From positions 1 through 38,737 of IMG/VR virus record IMGVR_UViG_3300033067_001866: a stretch of 38,737 nt of DNA. One strand, 5' to 3'. Position 1 is the stretch's first letter; every line of letters starts with the position of its first letter. The translations under genes were made by a program, and so were the position numbers. The DNA comes from a virus. Taxonomy: Duplodnaviria > Caudoviricetes. This document shows positions 24,934 through 34,889 of this stretch, in pieces. A model generated the notes under the pieces. That model was not told the origin of the DNA, ran no database searches, and was given only the letters and a program-made list of their open reading frames with translations.

Positions 24934-25127
24934 GGGGCGCCGATGCCGCTGGCGACGACGGCGGCAGCGATCACGTCGGCGATGGCGGCTTTGGTGGCTG
25001 CGACGACGGCGGGGTCGGCGCTGTAGAGGTCTGGACAGTGCTCGTCGATCAGGCCCTCGAATGCGGGCCGTTCGCGCTCGCCGACCTCATCGCTGATCGT
25101 GACAGCGCGCAGGTTGCTGATCTGCAT
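24930..25127 (-). CDS. Hypothetical protein
   Basis: GAGGT RBS; GTGA overlap. Confidence 0.6.
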   Translation of the reverse strand: MQISNLRAVTISDEVGERERPAFEGLIDEHCPDLYSADPAVVAATKAAIADVIAAAVVASGIGAP

Positions 25128-25135
25128 GGGCTACC

Positions 25136-26254
25136 TCATGGGACGCGGCTGGTGGCGCGCTCGAAAATCTGGATGCGCTCGATTGCGGTGGAGCAGGCGC
25201 CGCCCGATGCCCCCCCGTTCCAGCTGTAGAGCTGGACGTATATGGTCGAGCCGCTGAACAGAGGCGGCTCCAAACCCGCGTTTGGCCCGCTTGCATCCCC
25301 ACCGATGTCCGCCATGTAGGTTGCGCTGCCGCTGTCCGGGTTGCGCGTGCCGCCGGTCGCAAACACGGTCCGGGCCTTGCCTACGACGCGCACGTCGGTC
25401 TGGACCAACGTGGTGCCGTCGCGCCAGCCGGTGGGCACGGACGCGGCAACATCGGCCACGGACGCCCCTTTTCGGCTCTGCAGCTTGACGAGGTTGCCCG
25501 CGGTGTTCTGCCACACAGCGCCAGAGAACTCGGTGCTGGCCTCGCTGCCGCTGGCGATCGTGACGCCGGTCAGGGCGCGCTGGCCCGTGCCGGTGGCCAT
25601 ATTGACGCGCCAGCGCACCAAGACGAGCAGGTCGTCGGTCGCACCAACGCTCGGGCTGACGGGGACCGCGGTGCGCAGGCGGTAGGCTGTCGATGCCACG
25701 GCACCGGGCACGTCGGCGATGAGGCCGCGAGTCGCGTCGGCGCCCGCGGTGCCGGTGGTGATGGTGCCAACAGACATCGTCGCGTTGACGGTGACGGTCG
25801 ATGCGTTGGCAAGCGTGACCGTCTTGTCGCCGGTGGTGGTGAAGGTCTGCGTCGTCGCACCGACGAAGTTCACATCGGCAATCTGCGTCCACGCGCCGGG
25901 GATGCTGCTGCTCGACTCGACGGCGACGTAGTAGGGCAGGGACCGGGCGACCTGACCGTCAGACGTGCGGGTGACCGCCAGCGTGACGACGATCTCCTGC
26001 CCGTCCGACGTGGGCAGGACGTAGGGACCGAGGCCCGAGCCAGACGACGGGGTGACCGCGCTGCCGTCGCTGAGGTCAGTGGCGGTCAGGGCGTAGGTGA
26101 TGCCCGACGCGGGGGCGGTGGGGTGTGTCCACGTCACGGAGACAGACGTGGTGCCCTGCGCGGACGGGGGGCCCTGTGCGGGTGGGGTGGGGGCGGTGAG
26201 CGCGTCAAGCGCGCCGGTGGCTGCCTCTACCGCGATGTAGCCGCGGCGACTCAT
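25136..26254 (-). CDS. Putative tail fibre/receptor-binding protein (FN3/Ig-like N-part, beta-sandwich C-part)
   Basis: T/S/G/V-rich; P..P....TTSVSVTW...Y FN3-like pattern; after tail-tip genes. Confidence 0.6.
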   Translation of the reverse strand: MSRRGYIAVEAATGALDALTAPTPPAQGPPSAQGTTSVSVTWTHPTAPASGITYALTATDLSDGSAVTPSSGSGLGPYVLPTSDGQEIVVTLAVTRTSDGQVARSLPYYVAVESSSSIPGAWTQIADVNFVGATTQTFTTTGDKTVTLANASTVTVNATMSVGTITTGTAGADATRGLIADVPGAVASTAYRLRTAVPVSPSVGATDDLLVLVRWRVNMATGTGQRALTGVTIASGSEASTEFSGAVWQNTAGNLVKLQSRKGASVADVAASVPTGWRDGTTLVQTDVRVVGKARTVFATGGTRNPDSGSATYMADIGGDASGPNAGLEPPLFSGSTIYVQLYSWNGGASGGACSTAIERIQIFERATSRVP

Positions 26255-26628
26255 CGCCCGACCCCCAACTCAATCGAGATCGCCGCGGTCCCGGACTGCG
26301 CGGCGACGAAGATCGAGCGGTTGGGGATGACGCCGACGGTGTAGGGTCGGTCCTCGGCGTCCCGCATGACGACGGCGAACTTGCCCTCGGACCCGGTGAC
26401 GGAGACCGACACCTTGTCGTCGGTGCCGCTCGCCGCCTCGCCGTCGACCGGCTGTGTGCGGCCCGCCGCGCCGTTCGCGAGCGCGTAGTACACGCTGTGC
26501 GACGTGGTAATGGTGGGCACCGTGCACCACGGGGGCAGGATGATCTCCTGCCAATCGGTGCCGACGGCCGCCCCAACCAAGCGGGTCGCCGGCGCGCGGA
26601 GGTATCCAGACAGGTCGAGGGCAGCCAT
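26251..26628 (-). CDS. Putative minor tail protein
   Basis: Synteny; beta-rich; GGAGGT RBS. Confidence 0.6.
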   Translation of the reverse strand: MAALDLSGYLRAPATRLVGAAVGTDWQEIILPPWCTVPTITTSHSVYYALANGAAGRTQPVDGEAASGTDDKVSVSVTGSEGKFAVVMRDAEDRPYTVGVIPNRSIFVAAQSGTAAISIELGVGR

Positions 26629-26631
26629 CGG

Positions 26632-28209
26632 TCAGACCTCCAAGCGGTCGGCGGCGTCATCGGGGAGCGTCGCCAGGGTCAGCGCCACTATACCCCGCAG
26701 CGGGTCAGGCTGCACACTCACGACCATTGCCAGCCGGGCAGACCAGCCCAGCGCGGTCGATGCGTAGAGCCCGCCCGCGTTGGGGTAGGACCACCGGATG
26801 ACGTCGCCGGGGCACAGATCCCACACGTCGAGGCCGACGACGTCACACGAGATCGCCTCGCCGAGCACCCAAGCCCACGTCTTGAGGCGCGCCAGCGTCG
26901 CGGCGCGCACATCGGAGCCGTAGGCCCACAGCGACGCGCTGACGTCGTAGACCTTGAGGACCGCAGACGGGTAGGACCGGACCGGGCTGCCCGCCGATGA
27001 CGTGGCCGACGTATCCTTGACCCCGACGATGCCATAGGTCAGGTTCGTCCAGTCTGGGGTCGCGACGCTCAGGGTATCGGGCGCGACCTGCGCTGGGTCG
27101 ATGCCGTACCGCTGGACCCGGGCGGTCGCCGCGCTCTGCGGCCGGATGTCTTGGCAGCACCGCAGCGTGATCAAACCCTGCCGCACCGTGAGAAACACGC
27201 CGTAGGGCGCGATCACGCCGTTGAGCCATGCCAAGCCGTCGTCGGGGTCGGGGTCTACGACGACCTCGATCTCGCCCCCGCCGGTCATGGATGTGAGCGC
27301 GCTGTTGGTGCTGCTCTGGATGTCGCTGACGTCGACGTGGAGGCCGTCGCGGAGGCCGTAGCCCCACGTCTCCGGGAGCACGTCATAGGCGCCGTTGGTG
27401 CCCGCGCCGGTCGAGGTCAGCACCTTGCAGACGAAGTCGGGGATGGTCCCGAACACGAGCGGGACGTACTCGACAACGCTGCCCAGCGCGGCGTTTACGG
27501 CGGTGGTGCCGTAGGTGACCGACGCGCTGACGCCGGTCAGGCGGTAGGGCCCCGACGCGCTGCCTGTGTAGCGCAGATAGAAGGCCGCGGCGCCGCTGGC
27601 GGGGGTGACCTTGACCACGCCGGTCGCGCCGGTCTGCCGGGTCGCTGGGGGCTCAGCCGCACCGATGGTCAACGTCGTGTCGCCCACCGTGTAGCCGGCG
27701 GCGAGGGTCGTCGGCGCGCGGTACTTGGAGAAGAGCTGCGGCTCGGCCTTGAGGTCACCGCCGCCGGCCCAGCGCGCAGTCAAAGCAGCGACCACGTCCC
27801 ACACCTCGAAGACAACCGTTCCCTGCGGGGTGATCTCGGTCTTGGAGATCCGGCCCTGCGCGACCGTCTGAAAGTCCGCCCAGCCATCGCCGGGAAAGCC
27901 CATGCGCAGCCGCACCACGGTCCCGCGACCCAAGGCGCGCAGGATGGTCAGGCGCCGACCCTCGCTTGGGTCGCCTGCGATGATGACGAAGCGCCACGCG
28001 CCGGACTCTGGCACCCATTCAATGGGCTGGACCCCGTACTGCCCGAAGGTCAAGCCGTCGACGGCGAGCCAAGGGTACACGGTCTGCAGGCTGCCCGCGG
28101 TGATGGGCGCCGAGGCGAAGAGGTCGAGGCTCTCTTCGCTCTGGATGACGAAGATCGGTGAGATCACGCCAGCGGCCAACTTCTCGCGGAAGGCAAGCGG
28201 CCACCCCAT
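26632..28209 (-). CDS. Putative tail hub/baseplate protein
   Basis: Second gene after tape measure; C-terminal L.PGDVI hub-type motif. Confidence 0.65.
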   Translation of the reverse strand: MGWPLAFREKLAAGVISPIFVIQSEESLDLFASAPITAGSLQTVYPWLAVDGLTFGQYGVQPIEWVPESGAWRFVIIAGDPSEGRRLTILRALGRGTVVRLRMGFPGDGWADFQTVAQGRISKTEITPQGTVVFEVWDVVAALTARWAGGGDLKAEPQLFSKYRAPTTLAAGYTVGDTTLTIGAAEPPATRQTGATGVVKVTPASGAAAFYLRYTGSASGPYRLTGVSASVTYGTTAVNAALGSVVEYVPLVFGTIPDFVCKVLTSTGAGTNGAYDVLPETWGYGLRDGLHVDVSDIQSSTNSALTSMTGGGEIEVVVDPDPDDGLAWLNGVIAPYGVFLTVRQGLITLRCCQDIRPQSAATARVQRYGIDPAQVAPDTLSVATPDWTNLTYGIVGVKDTSATSSAGSPVRSYPSAVLKVYDVSASLWAYGSDVRAATLARLKTWAWVLGEAISCDVVGLDVWDLCPGDVIRWSYPNAGGLYASTALGWSARLAMVVSVQPDPLRGIVALTLATLPDDAADRLEV

Positions 28210-28991
28210 CAGGCCCTCCGCTGTAGCGTGCGGGTTGGCGACGGGTAGGTTGTGCCCCGCGGCGCGCGGCCGATGGCCTGCTCAAGCGACCGGAGCAGCG
28301 CCGATGTATGAGCCGTGGTCGTGGTTCCGAGGCCGACACCCTGCAGGGCGGCGAGGTGTCCGGGGTGCTCGACGAGCGGCAGGCGCGCGGTGAAGTACAG
28401 CTCGCGGTCGCTGACCAACTCGGCCACGTCGCCCGGGTCAAGCGTCAGGACGGGCCAGAACCCATAGGGGCGGATGGCGATGGGGGTCTGCCGCAGGTTG
28501 CCGTACACGCCGGACTGCAGCGTCAGGACGCCCGACGACGACACCGAAGAGAAGGGGCGGTCCTCGCAGGCCGACTCGGGGTTGGGGCTCTGGATCAAAA
28601 GCCGGTCGCCCGCGACGAGCGCCGCGGATGGCTCCCACGCCGCCATCTGCGACCCGCCGCCGGTGAACAGGATCGACTGCCCGGCATTGATCGGGCGGTC
28701 GCTGAACGCGAGGATGGCCTTGGAGGGCTCAAGCGCGAAGCCGACCGCCCCGCCGCGGTTGAGATGGCCGACCAACTGCCGATAGTCGTCGACCTCGTCG
28801 CGGGGGACCTGCGGGACCTCGATGGTGACCCGCCACCGCACCCCGTATTGCACGCGCACGGCAAGGCCGCCGGGGGTCGACGCCCCATCGCTGAGGCTCT
28901 CTTGCACCGGCTGCAGGTCGGACGGGTACACGTCGAGCGTGTTGAGCCGGGCGCTGCCGTACCCGTACCAGTAGAAGCGCGACGCCGACAT
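28209..28991 (-). CDS. Putative distal tail protein
   Basis: Immediately after tape measure; TGATG coupling. Confidence 0.6.
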   Translation of the reverse strand: MSASRFYWYGYGSARLNTLDVYPSDLQPVQESLSDGASTPGGLAVRVQYGVRWRVTIEVPQVPRDEVDDYRQLVGHLNRGGAVGFALEPSKAILAFSDRPINAGQSILFTGGGSQMAAWEPSAALVAGDRLLIQSPNPESACEDRPFSSVSSSGVLTLQSGVYGNLRQTPIAIRPYGFWPVLTLDPGDVAELVSDRELYFTARLPLVEHPGHLAALQGVGLGTTTTAHTSALLRSLEQAIGRAPRGTTYPSPTRTLQRRA

Positions 28992-31414
28992 CAGGTGCCC
29001 CCTATCGCGGTTGTACCACGCCGCAGGCCGCCCGGACGGGTCATCCGGTCGAGGTCGCGCAGGGCGCGGGGCACGATGTCGGGGTGGAGGGACGCGGCCT
29101 GCAGGACCAGCGTGGGGCCGGCCTGCGCGCTCTGGCGGCTGCGCCCGGTGCGCGGGTCGGTGGGCTGCCCGGGGCGGCCCCGGGGGTCGAGCACGGCCAT
29201 CGCTTCGGCTTGCATGTCGCGAAGGTCGCGGGCGCGGCCTTCACTGATGCGGCGACCGTTGCCCTGATCGCCGGGGGTGAAGATGTCGCGGAACCACGCC
29301 TTGACCCGATCCCATGTCTCCCGCCACCACTCCCGCACGCCGTCGGCGATGCTGCGGGCGATGCCGCGGAAGCCACCGATATCCCGCCACCACAGCACGA
29401 TCCCGCGGACGATGGCGACGGGCAACTCGATTACGATGGTGGTGACCAAGCGCGGGATCGAGGCCACCAAGGCCGGGATTAGTTCGGTGACCAGCGTCAC
29501 GACGAAGTCAGGGACAAAGCGGCGCAGGAAGGCCGGAAGGTTGTTGATGCCCTTGACGATGGCATCAACGCCAGACATCGCAGACTTTGCCGTCGCCGCG
29601 CCGCCTTGCTGTCCGAGGCTTTGGAGGCCACCAATCGCGGCGCCGATGGCGGCACCCATTGGGCCGGCAACGGCGGCGATCTTGCCGAGAAGGCCGTCCT
29701 GTCCGGCGAAGGCCTCGGCGAACTTCGCGCCGAGCATGGGCAGGGCCTTGGACAACCCCCCGGCGATATCGCCGCCGAGGACCTCGCCGATGGCCCCACC
29801 GACGCGGGCGCCGCGCTGGATCGCCTTGGCGTACTCGCCCCCCAAGGCCGTCATCAGGCCCTTGAGGTCCTTCGCCACGCCCTCCAAGCCCGCCGCGGCG
29901 CCGTTGACCAGCGCATCGGCGACCTGACCCGAGAGGTCGTCGGCCCAAGCCTGTAGGCCCGGGTTGGTTGCGGCCAACCGCTGCGCGTCACTGAGAAGGA
30001 GCGTCAAGCGCGTGTAGTCGTCGAGCACGTTCTGCGGCGGGGCGATCTGGTTGATCGCCGCCTCAAGATCGCGGGCCGACTGGATCGCCGCGGCGGGGAT
30101 GAGGTCGGCGGGGACCGATAGGGCGGACTCAAGGCGTTCGCGGTCCTGGAAAGCGTCGAGGACCTTGACCAGATCGTCGTACTTGGCCTTCAGCTCGGAC
30201 AGATGGCGCTTGGCTTCCTGCCGGGCCTTGTTTGCGGCCTCTTCGCGCTTCTTCTCATCGTCGAGGGCGCGGCTGTACTCTTCGGTGGCAGCGATGATGC
30301 CCGACCGCTCCGCATAGAGCTTATTCAGCGCGTCGCGCTCGGCCTCGGCCTCTCGTAGCTTGCCCTGCGCGTTGCGCTTCGACGCTGCGGCGTCCTCGGC
30401 CTCCGCTGCCGTCATCGCGTTTAGGATGCCGACATCCTTCATCTTCGCGTCAACGGCCGCGATGTGTGCCTTCTGTTGTTCGATGGTGATGGCAATGTCG
30501 CGCTTCTTCGACTCGGTCTCATCGTCAAGGGCGATCATGGCGCGCTGAGCCGTCGCCGCGTACTGATCGATCTCGCCGGTCAGCTCCTTGAGCCCGATCT
30601 CAGCGTCCTTGTTTGCGGCCTTGAGCGCCGAGATCGCGTATCGCACGTCGTCAATGGCAATCTGCGCAGTCGATGCCCGCGCGGCGGTCTCGTCAAGCCG
30701 GGCAGAGAGCCGCCCCACGCTGTCGTCAGCATCGGTTGTGGCATTCTCAAGCAGGATCATGGCCGTCGTCAGCGCAGCCGCACCGACCGCAAGCCCGGCG
30801 ATGATGCCTGCGAACGGGGCGAGCTTGGCGACCATGCCGCCAAACGACACGTTCAGCACCTCGGCCGCGCTGCTCATGTCTCCCAGCGCACTCGCCACGT
30901 CGGGGCCCTGTTGTGCGAGCACCACGAAAGGGTTGATCCCGCCGGCAAGCGATGTCCCGATGTCCGCGATCTGATACCGCAGGTTCTTGGCGCGCTGGTT
31001 GAGGTCTTCGACGGACAGCCCCGCCCGCGCCGCGGCCTCTTGGATGTCGCTCAGCTCTTGCGCGCCACCCTTGGCAGCCTCTGCCGCGCCCTTGACTGCA
31101 TCCGCTGCGGACGCGGCCCCACCCGATGCCGCAGCGCCCGACGGCAGGAAGCGCCCCTTCTCGTCTCGGGCCGGGCCGGTCTTGGCCTGCGCTGCTGCGA
31201 GGGCGGCCGCCGCGCGCGCCGCCTCTTCGGACGCTTGCGCCTGCCGCTCAAGCGCCGCCGCGGTGTCGGCTGCCTGCTGATCAAGCGCGTCGCCGGACTT
31301 GGCCGCCGCGGCTTGCTCGCCGGCCAAGCGGTCAGCGCCCTGCGCAGCGGACGCGAACGCCTTGCTGGCCTCGTCTTTCGCCCTTACGATGACTTCGATG
31401 ATGTTGTCTGCCAT
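28991..31414 (-). CDS. Tape measure protein
   Basis: IEVIVRAKDEAS start, lambda-type YQIADIGTSLAGG.NPF.VLAQQG, Ala-rich coiled coils, 807 aa. Confidence 0.92.
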   Translation of the reverse strand: MADNIIEVIVRAKDEASKAFASAAQGADRLAGEQAAAAKSGDALDQQAADTAAALERQAQASEEAARAAAALAAAQAKTGPARDEKGRFLPSGAAASGGAASAADAVKGAAEAAKGGAQELSDIQEAAARAGLSVEDLNQRAKNLRYQIADIGTSLAGGINPFVVLAQQGPDVASALGDMSSAAEVLNVSFGGMVAKLAPFAGIIAGLAVGAAALTTAMILLENATTDADDSVGRLSARLDETAARASTAQIAIDDVRYAISALKAANKDAEIGLKELTGEIDQYAATAQRAMIALDDETESKKRDIAITIEQQKAHIAAVDAKMKDVGILNAMTAAEAEDAAASKRNAQGKLREAEAERDALNKLYAERSGIIAATEEYSRALDDEKKREEAANKARQEAKRHLSELKAKYDDLVKVLDAFQDRERLESALSVPADLIPAAAIQSARDLEAAINQIAPPQNVLDDYTRLTLLLSDAQRLAATNPGLQAWADDLSGQVADALVNGAAAGLEGVAKDLKGLMTALGGEYAKAIQRGARVGGAIGEVLGGDIAGGLSKALPMLGAKFAEAFAGQDGLLGKIAAVAGPMGAAIGAAIGGLQSLGQQGGAATAKSAMSGVDAIVKGINNLPAFLRRFVPDFVVTLVTELIPALVASIPRLVTTIVIELPVAIVRGIVLWWRDIGGFRGIARSIADGVREWWRETWDRVKAWFRDIFTPGDQGNGRRISEGRARDLRDMQAEAMAVLDPRGRPGQPTDPRTGRSRQSAQAGPTLVLQAASLHPDIVPRALRDLDRMTRPGGLRRGTTAIGGT

Positions 31415-31421
31415 CGGCGGG

Positions 31422-31628
31422 CTACCTCATCGAGTCGGAGAGGGCGGAGAGAAGCGCAGGGATCGGCCCGTGCTCTGCGTCGTGACTATACCCCGCGCGG
31501 GCGCAGACGGCATCCCAGACCACAGCCTCCCAGGGATCGGTGAGGCCAAGGACCGTGGATGGCCGCTGCCCATACCGGCGCGCGGCGAGGTCTGTGGTCA
31601 GGGCGAGGTCGGGGTCAGCCCGCGCGAA
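31422..31628 (-). CDS. Frameshift extension of tail assembly chaperone (gpT-like)
   Basis: 69-codon frame without early ATG (FARADPDLALTTDLAARRYGQRPSTVLGLTDPWEAVVWDAVC...) overlapping the chaperone end in the +1 frame. Confidence 0.7.
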   Translation of the reverse strand, partial: FARADPDLALTTDLAARRYGQRPSTVLGLTDPWEAVVWDAVCARAGYSHDAEHGPIPALLSALSDSMR

Positions 31629-32103
31629 ACGAGCCGACCGACTGAACCGCCTCCAACGCCTGCTTCATGGCCTCTTGGGTGATGGCGATCTGACCGGCGG
31701 CGCTGACCGACAGGATCGACAGGCGCCCAGCGGCGGGGTCATCCTTGCCCACGCCGACGATCTGGCAGTCGGTCCACACGTCCGAACCCTGCGCCCGGAC
31801 GCCGGTCACAGCGGCCAGCACGGCCTTCTCGCCGCCGTCCAGCATCGCCCGGATCGTCGACTCGATCACCGCGCCGGCCGGGGCGACATCCCCGCCGCCG
31901 GACGGCTGCGACTGCGCGACCGCCGCGCCGATGACCCCGGACAGGAGCCCGGCGCGGGTGGCCTCGGCGACGGAGAAGCGCTTGACACGCCACTCGACGG
32001 GGACCCCGTTGGACACGTCAGGGACGGCGGCGACCCCGGCGACGGAGAGGGCGGCGAGGGAGAAGGCGGGGGCGGCCGGGGCCTCGGGGGCATCAGGCAT
32101 CAT
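31615..32103 (-). CDS. Tail assembly chaperone (gpG-like)
   Basis: Between tail tube and tape measure; ends SFRAG. Confidence 0.75.
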   Translation of the reverse strand: MMPDAPEAPAAPAFSLAALSVAGVAAVPDVSNGVPVEWRVKRFSVAEATRAGLLSGVIGAAVAQSQPSGGGDVAPAGAVIESTIRAMLDGGEKAVLAAVTGVRAQGSDVWTDCQIVGVGKDDPAAGRLSILSVSAAGQIAITQEAMKQALEAVQSVGSFRAG

Positions 32104-33010
32104 AGGTGGCCTCGCCGTTGGTCAGCACGATCTCGGGGTTGCCGATGGACTCGAACTCAATCGAGGTCGTGAGGTCGGCGATCCCGTCGCCGATGGTCTC
32201 GGACACCTTGCAGGTGCAGTCCTGGATCGTGTAGACAAGCGTCTTGGCGCCGGTGGCGGTATCGGTGCAGGTGATCACAAGGTCGCCCGTGGTGTCGGCG
32301 ATCTCGGCGCTGCGGGGGCTGAAGCTGTCCTTGTCGACCACGATGGTAGTACGGACCTCGCGGACGCCGACAGAGGGCTCGGCGGTGCGGAGGCTGCCGA
32401 GCTGCGGCCGACGGCTCAGGTTGTTCGACAACACCGACGACAGGCTCTTGATCGTGCCGATGGACGTACCGCCCCACGTCACCGCGACCTCGTAGTGCTC
32501 GATCGGGACGGCGTTGGTCAGCGACGGCGAGCCCGCGGACCCGGCGGCGGCCTTGCTCTGGGCGATGAGGTCAAAGGCGAAGGTGACCTCGCTGCCGGGC
32601 GTGGCGTTCATGGTCATGCTGTTGACCTTGCACCCCGCGTACACCTCGCTACTGCCCGACGTGCCCACGATCTGCTCAATCGTCAGGCTGGGCAGCGCGG
32701 CGGCGGCGGCGAAGGTGTAGGGGCCCGTGCCCGACACGGTGCCGAGGGCGGCGCGCAGAAGCATCCCGAGCGCGCTGTACGAGCCGGGGACGGTGACGGT
32801 CCCGCCGACCTGCTCATCGGCCACGAAGCGGGTCTCGACGAAGGCCGCGGTGGTGTGCGCCAGCCGGCCGCGGGTCACGCGGTTGCGGGGAGTCTGGGTG
32901 AGACTGGACCCGTTGAGGTGGCACCACTTGGTGCGGCTGACGGCGGTGCCGGGGGTGACCTCAAGCCCGAGGCCAAGGCACGATCCGAGGGAGCGGTGGG
33001 GGACGGCCAT
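32093..33010 (-). CDS. Major tail tube protein
   Basis: LG.E.TPGT start, LPSLTIE, Y.GCKVNSM pattern; 305 aa; AGGAGG RBS. Confidence 0.88.
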   Translation of the reverse strand: MAVPHRSLGSCLGLGLEVTPGTAVSRTKWCHLNGSSLTQTPRNRVTRGRLAHTTAAFVETRFVADEQVGGTVTVPGSYSALGMLLRAALGTVSGTGPYTFAAAAALPSLTIEQIVGTSGSSEVYAGCKVNSMTMNATPGSEVTFAFDLIAQSKAAAGSAGSPSLTNAVPIEHYEVAVTWGGTSIGTIKSLSSVLSNNLSRRPQLGSLRTAEPSVGVREVRTTIVVDKDSFSPRSAEIADTTGDLVITCTDTATGAKTLVYTIQDCTCKVSETIGDGIADLTTSIEFESIGNPEIVLTNGEATYDA

Positions 33011-33042
33011 TGTGCGGGCCTCCTATGGGGCGGGAGAGAGGG

Positions 33043-33858
33043 TCAGATCGCCGGGGCGATGGCTTTGACGGTGATGACGCGCTTGTCGAGGGCAGCCAAG
33101 CCGGACCATCCGATCTGTAGCGTAGCCATGCCGTTTTCGTTGGTGTCGGGCGAGAAGATGCCGCGGATGTAGGTTCCGGCGGAGTCGACGAAGGCGCGCA
33201 GGTCGAGCACCGACGACCACGCGGCCAGCGCTGCGGCTGCGCTGTCCTCCACGTTGATCATCATCCAGTCGACGTCGTCGTCAAGGTCGGCGCCGTTGTA
33301 GAGGAAGCCGGGCCCAAGTCGCACGCCCTGCATCGGCTCGGTCACAAAGATCCGACGCTCGCCCTGAATGGCCACGACGGTCTGAACCGGCGCAGGGGTG
33401 AGGCTTGCGGCGCTCTCGCTGGCCGCCATCGCGGTCCACTGGATCGACCGCCCGGCGGGCATGATGCGCGCCTGCTCTACCCACGCCTGTACGGTGTTGA
33501 CAAAGGGCCCCGCGGAGGGGTCGACCGCAACGGCGGTCGCCGGGCCGTAGTACAGGTACACTACCCGCATGCAGCCTGCAGGTGCCGTCGCCGGCACGTC
33601 GATCTCGAAGTCAAGCTGCCCGATCTTGCTGGCATAGGTCCACGTCGCCCGCTCGTGGGCGATCAGAGACCCGCCGCCCGTGGCGAGGCGGATGTCGTAG
33701 CCGTTGCTTTGGACGGTGGCCCAGAAGTCGGTCAGCGACGGGTCGAGGGTGACCCGCGCGACAACGGCCGCCCCGCCGGGGGTGGCGCCGCTGGTGTCAC
33801 AGGTGATCGCCAGCCGGGCGCGGTATTCGGAGCCGTTGGAGGCGACGATCCATGCCAT
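33043..33858 (-). CDS. Virion protein with DUF2341-like N-terminal domain
   Basis: MAW...YR..I, FW..V..NG.DIR, VYLYYG; TGATG coupling. Confidence 0.6.
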   Translation of the reverse strand: MAWIVASNGSEYRARLAITCDTSGATPGGAAVVARVTLDPSLTDFWATVQSNGYDIRLATGGGSLIAHERATWTYASKIGQLDFEIDVPATAPAGCMRVVYLYYGPATAVAVDPSAGPFVNTVQAWVEQARIMPAGRSIQWTAMAASESAASLTPAPVQTVVAIQGERRIFVTEPMQGVRLGPGFLYNGADLDDDVDWMMINVEDSAAAALAAWSSVLDLRAFVDSAGTYIRGIFSPDTNENGMATLQIGWSGLAALDKRVITVKAIAPAI

Positions 33859-34310
33859 CAGGGCACGCTCTTCCACTGCCATCGGGCAGTGAGCACACAG
33901 ACCCCGGCCGCGGAGGGCAGGCCGAGATCCGCTGCGGATGAGGGTAGGGTCAGCGAAGAGACGTGGCAGTCGCGGACGATGCTGCCCAGGGTCCGGTTCG
34001 CCAAGAAGTGCGACCGGATGTCCTGCCACAGACTCAGAATGGCGACATCGCGCGCCCGGGGGCTGCCAGCCGTCGCCGGGGCATAGATGCGGATCTCACA
34101 TGGCAGGTCGGTCATGTCGCTGCGCAGATTGCCGCCGTCGACGGCCAAGCGAGCCTCGACGGGCCGCCAGTGGACCGACTTGCCCGATGGGGCGGTGTTG
34201 CCGGTCCCGATGCCATAGATCACAGTCGACGCAGACAAGCCGGTCACGCCCTCCAGGGTTGTCTGGATGGCTGTCAGCACGTCTTCGACTGTGGTGAGGC
34301 TGTCGCTCAT
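33858..34310 (-). CDS. Putative tail terminator/completion protein
   Basis: Synteny; N.TLG.V motif. Confidence 0.65.
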   Translation of the reverse strand: MSDSLTTVEDVLTAIQTTLEGVTGLSASTVIYGIGTGNTAPSGKSVHWRPVEARLAVDGGNLRSDMTDLPCEIRIYAPATAGSPRARDVAILSLWQDIRSHFLANRTLGSIVRDCHVSSLTLPSSAADLGLPSAAGVCVLTARWQWKSVP

Positions 34311-34888
34311 CGGGTGCCGTCGATCTCGGTCTTGAGGTGCTTAGCGAACTGCGCCGGCATCCGGCTCGCGGCCTCTTGTGCGCCGGGGCGCAGGAAGGGG
34401 CGTGGAGCGCGGGCGGGTAGGCTCTCCACTATCTTATACCACGGGACGCCGCTTGGCTTGTGGAAGAGAAGCAGGTTGCCGGCTTTGGACCGTCGCACGT
34501 AGAACAGGCCCGCGCCGCTGACGCGGATGGGGGTCGGGTATCGGTCCTGCCCCGCCTGGGTGCGCGCAGGGCCGAGAGGGATGCGGAGGTACTTCCCCCG
34601 CTTGGGCAGGATCGGGCCTTTGGTGCCGTGCTCGATCACGCCCGCGTAGATGACGTTGAGCGCGCCCTCGATCCGCCCGCCCGCGCTGATGACAGCCTCG
34701 GGGCCCTGCGGACCTTGCCGGACTTTGCCGGCGATAGACCGGCGAAGGTGGCCGTTGAGGACTGGCACGATGCCTTTAGCGTGCCCCTCTGCGATCAGGG
34801 CCACGGCGGTCAAGGTCTTGCCGATGGCGCGCGCCACGCCGGTCTGGCCGATCTGGCGCAGCTTCGCGGCGAGGGCCTCGGGGGTCAT
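34307..34888 (-). CDS. HK97 gp10-like neck/tail completion protein
   Basis: PV.NGHLRRSI, YA..IEHGT, RPFLRP. Confidence 0.85.
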   Translation of the reverse strand: MTPEALAAKLRQIGQTGVARAIGKTLTAVALIAEGHAKGIVPVLNGHLRRSIAGKVRQGPQGPEAVISAGGRIEGALNVIYAGVIEHGTKGPILPKRGKYLRIPLGPARTQAGQDRYPTPIRVSGAGLFYVRRSKAGNLLLFHKPSGVPWYKIVESLPARAPRPFLRPGAQEAASRMPAQFAKHLKTEIDGTR

Positions 34889-34889
34889 G

